DNA of 64,000 nucleotides. Source: Protoeuglena noctilucae (Eukaryota). Positions within the stretch are counted from its first letter, which is position 1. Every line of letters starts with the position of its first letter. Of the stretch, positions 61,301 to 64,000 are shown piece by piece. The DNA lies in contig OY253670.1 of assembly GCA_958009085.1 (NCBI GenBank), positions 1,302,001 to 1,366,000 on the forward strand, written 5' to 3'. The translations under genes were made by a program, and so were the position numbers. A model generated the notes under the pieces. That model worked only from the letters and a program-made list of their open reading frames with translations. It made no database searches and was not told where the DNA came from.

Positions 61301-64000
61301 TCGTGTCAGGCGTGGCACGATGCTCAGCCAGAGGTTGCAGTGAGGTGGCGCCACCCCGCCACCGCTCACCTCCACCTCCTGTTGCCGCTGCTCCAGGTCC
61401 CCCTTGAGCTTCTCCAGGTGCGCATCCAGGGAGTCCAGCGCCTTGGAGCGGCGGTCGGTGCGCTGCGCCTCGGCCGCCAGCTTCTGCTTCTCCAGGGACA
61501 GCGCGTTGGCCTGCTCCTGCAGGCGCTGGGCCATCTCTGCGCACAAGCACAGGCGACGCGGGACATGCCGAAGCGACCCGCTCCACCTTGGAGACACCAG
61601 CGCGGAGGTGTCCACCTCTCCTGCCCCCTCAGCGCCTGCCTGTCACTGCAGCTCGCCTCTCCCTCACCTCCCAGCGCCCGGTCTTTCTCCTGCGTCCCCC
61701 TGCGCGCCTCCCGCAGCTCCGCCTGCATCTCGTGCAGCCGCCCCTCCCACTCCTCCAGCACGCGCTGCCGGTCCGACAGCTGCCGCGCCGCGTCCTCCTT
61801 GGCCTTGCGCGCCCCCGCCTCCACCGCGCGCTCTCGCTCGTCCGCTGCCTCCGCCCTCGCCTGCGCCTGCGCCATCATGCGCTCCGCCAGGCCCCGCATC
61901 GCCGCAGCCTCCTCCTCCCGCACGGCCACGCCCTTCTCCACCTCCAGGAGCCGCGCCTCCCGCAGCGCCAGCTCCTCCGCCATCGCGTCCACGCGCCGTT
62001 GCGCCACATCCACCTCCGCGCGGCCCCTCTCCACGTCCGCCTGGGCTGCCGCCAGGTCCACCTGCGGCCGTCGAAGAGGCACTGGTCGTGCTGGGCTGGA
62101 CATGATCCCACGGCCGTGTGGCGGCACGCAACTAGGCCCCCTGCTGCCGCGTGCAAGGTGTCGCCGCACTGGGGTGTTCATTGCGGCCCTCGTCACCTGC
62201 GCTGCCCGGTCTCGCTCGTTCAGGCGGTGCTCCAGGGCGGACAGCTCGTCCCGCACGCGTAGCTTCTCCGCCTCCCACTCGGAGCGCTCCCGCTGCACCT
62301 CCAGGCGGGCCTTGGACCGCGTCTCCTGCGACGGGGCAGTGCGGGGACGTCGGCACTCCAGGCCATACACACACATGGAGCGGAGAGCTCCCAGGCCTCC
62401 TGGCAAGCAGAGATGCCCGACATTCGCGCACGACCACCCGTCACCTGGGCTTCCTTGGCCGCCTGCTCGCACTCCTTCCTCCACCGGTCGCGCTCCGCTG
62501 AGATGCCCTGCAGCTCCCTCATGACCGCGTCGTACTGCGCGAGAGGCACGGGGGCGTGCATGCGTGCCCTGCGCGGTTCACAACCTTCAAGGCACCCTTA
62601 GAGCCAGCACCCGTCTCGCCCCATCCCCACACGGCTCCCCTCACCTCATCCCGCACTGCCCGGACCTCCCTCCGCGCCTGCTCCAGCGCCTCCTCCGATC
62701 GAGATCGGGCCTCCTGCAGGCCACGCACCGCGGCCCGCTCCGCATCCACCGCGCCCTGACGTGACCGCTCCAGGTCTTGCAGCCGCTCCCGAGCCTGCTC
62801 CGCACGGGACCTGCAAAGACACGCGGCACGACCATTCTACCAGAACTGGAGGCGAGCAGTGCCGCGTTTGGTGACATCACCGCGGTGCTACAAGCACCGG
62901 CGGCAGTGCTGCGCTCGCAAGGTTGCCAGGCCTGCAAGTCACCTGAGGCCCGTCTCCTCGGCCCGAAGTGCCGCCACCGTCCGCTCCAGCTCCGCTGCCT
63001 CTGCCGCTGCCCTCGCCGCGCCCCGAGACGTCTCCGCCGCCTCAGAGTGCAGCCGCGCCACCTCTGCCTCCTTGCGCTGCGGGAGGCAGGAGGCATGCAG
63101 GTGGCACTGTGGTGTGCCACTTGCACACCTCGTGCACAGGCCCATCCAAGGTCCTGTAGTAACCCTGGCAACTCAATCACCTGCAACGTCTCTTCCCACG
63201 CTCGGAGCTCCTCCTCCCTGCGGCCCACAGCGCCCTCGAGCCGCGACAAACGCTCCTCCTTCGCACGCACCTCGCGCATGCGCACCTCTGCATCCGCCTC
63301 GCGTCTGCATAGCGGGGCGTGTCTGGTGATGAGGAGATGAGAACAAAGCACCTGCTCAAAGCCACCTGCGACTGCGAGAGCCCCTTTCCCCTGACCCTCA
63401 CCGGACCAGCAGGCTCTCGCGTTCGTTCAGGGCCCCCTCAAAGCCACGCAGCATGGCTTCCCGCGCCTTAAAGGCCTGTACGCCCTCGTCCATGCCCCCG
63501 AGCTCCGCCTCCCGCGCAATCACCGCGCGTTGCGCCCCCAGCACCTCCCTCTCACGGCGGTCCACTGCGGCAGGGGGCTCGCCAAGGTCAGTCGTGGCCG
63601 GTCCCAGCGGGGTGCAGGGCCCGTCCAACGGATCGGCACTCACCGCTGTCGGTTATCTCGCGCAGCTGCGCCTCACGCGCCGCCAGCTCCTCCCTCTCTC
63701 GCTGCAGACCCGCCCGCGAAGCCTCGCGCTCGGCCGCCGAGGCCCCTGGGCGAGGGGGTGGTCAATGAGTGTGGGCGCGATGCCGACCGGTTCGCACAGA
63801 CAGCCCGGCGTCCACCGCGCGCGTCACCTGCCGCGGCCTCCTCCATGGCTCGCATCCCTGACAGATGCACCTCAGCATCCCGCAGTTGCTCGCGGACCTC
63901 CCGCAGCCGACGCTCCGCTTCCCGCGCCTCGTCCGCCGCGTCGTCCCGGGCGCGGGCCTCCCCCGCGCGCGCCCGCTGCAGGCCCCCCAGCTCCTCCTGC
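55338..64000 (-). CDS. Very large E/R/A-rich coiled-coil protein of unknown function; 5' part lies beyond the window
   Basis: More than 20 exons of REA/ERE-rich heptads linked by consensus splice sites (including GC-AG 59135-59228), a Pro-rich segment near 56000-56270, and stop ...AAGTLA* at 55338. Confidence 0.7.

Overview
Gene-dense, very GC-rich eukaryotic nuclear DNA with many short spliceosomal introns. A nuclear-encoded chloroplast ATP synthase gamma subunit with the redox Cys pair, a plastid-type ClpP and an organellar RF2 point to a green alga (inference). The standard nuclear code is used: TAA, TAG and TGA all occur as stops. I reconstructed about 22 spliced genes by hand, including RPL5, NDUFAF5, a PTP, CASP, prfB/RF2, atpC, clpP, UBE2S, SF3B2, a SAM-type mitochondrial carrier, a golgin-84-like protein, MMAB, RAD50, MMADHC, a pseudokinase, a SAXO/Mn-motif protein and several long coiled-coil orphans. 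Most of the supplied ORF track is GC-driven shadow ORFs. No tRNA, rRNA, CRISPR array or mobile element was recognisable. Main surprises: (1) an organellar release factor 2 that keeps its catalytic GGQ but has the stop-codon-reading SPF motif replaced by NPL, suggesting altered organellar stop-codon recognition; (2) very frequent GC-AG introns (about 33 in the window, 8 of 17 in RAD50); (3) near-strict strand alternation with tiny intergenic gaps, two B12-handling genes flanking RAD50, and candidate bicistronic pairs. All gene models are manual inferences without RNA evidence.
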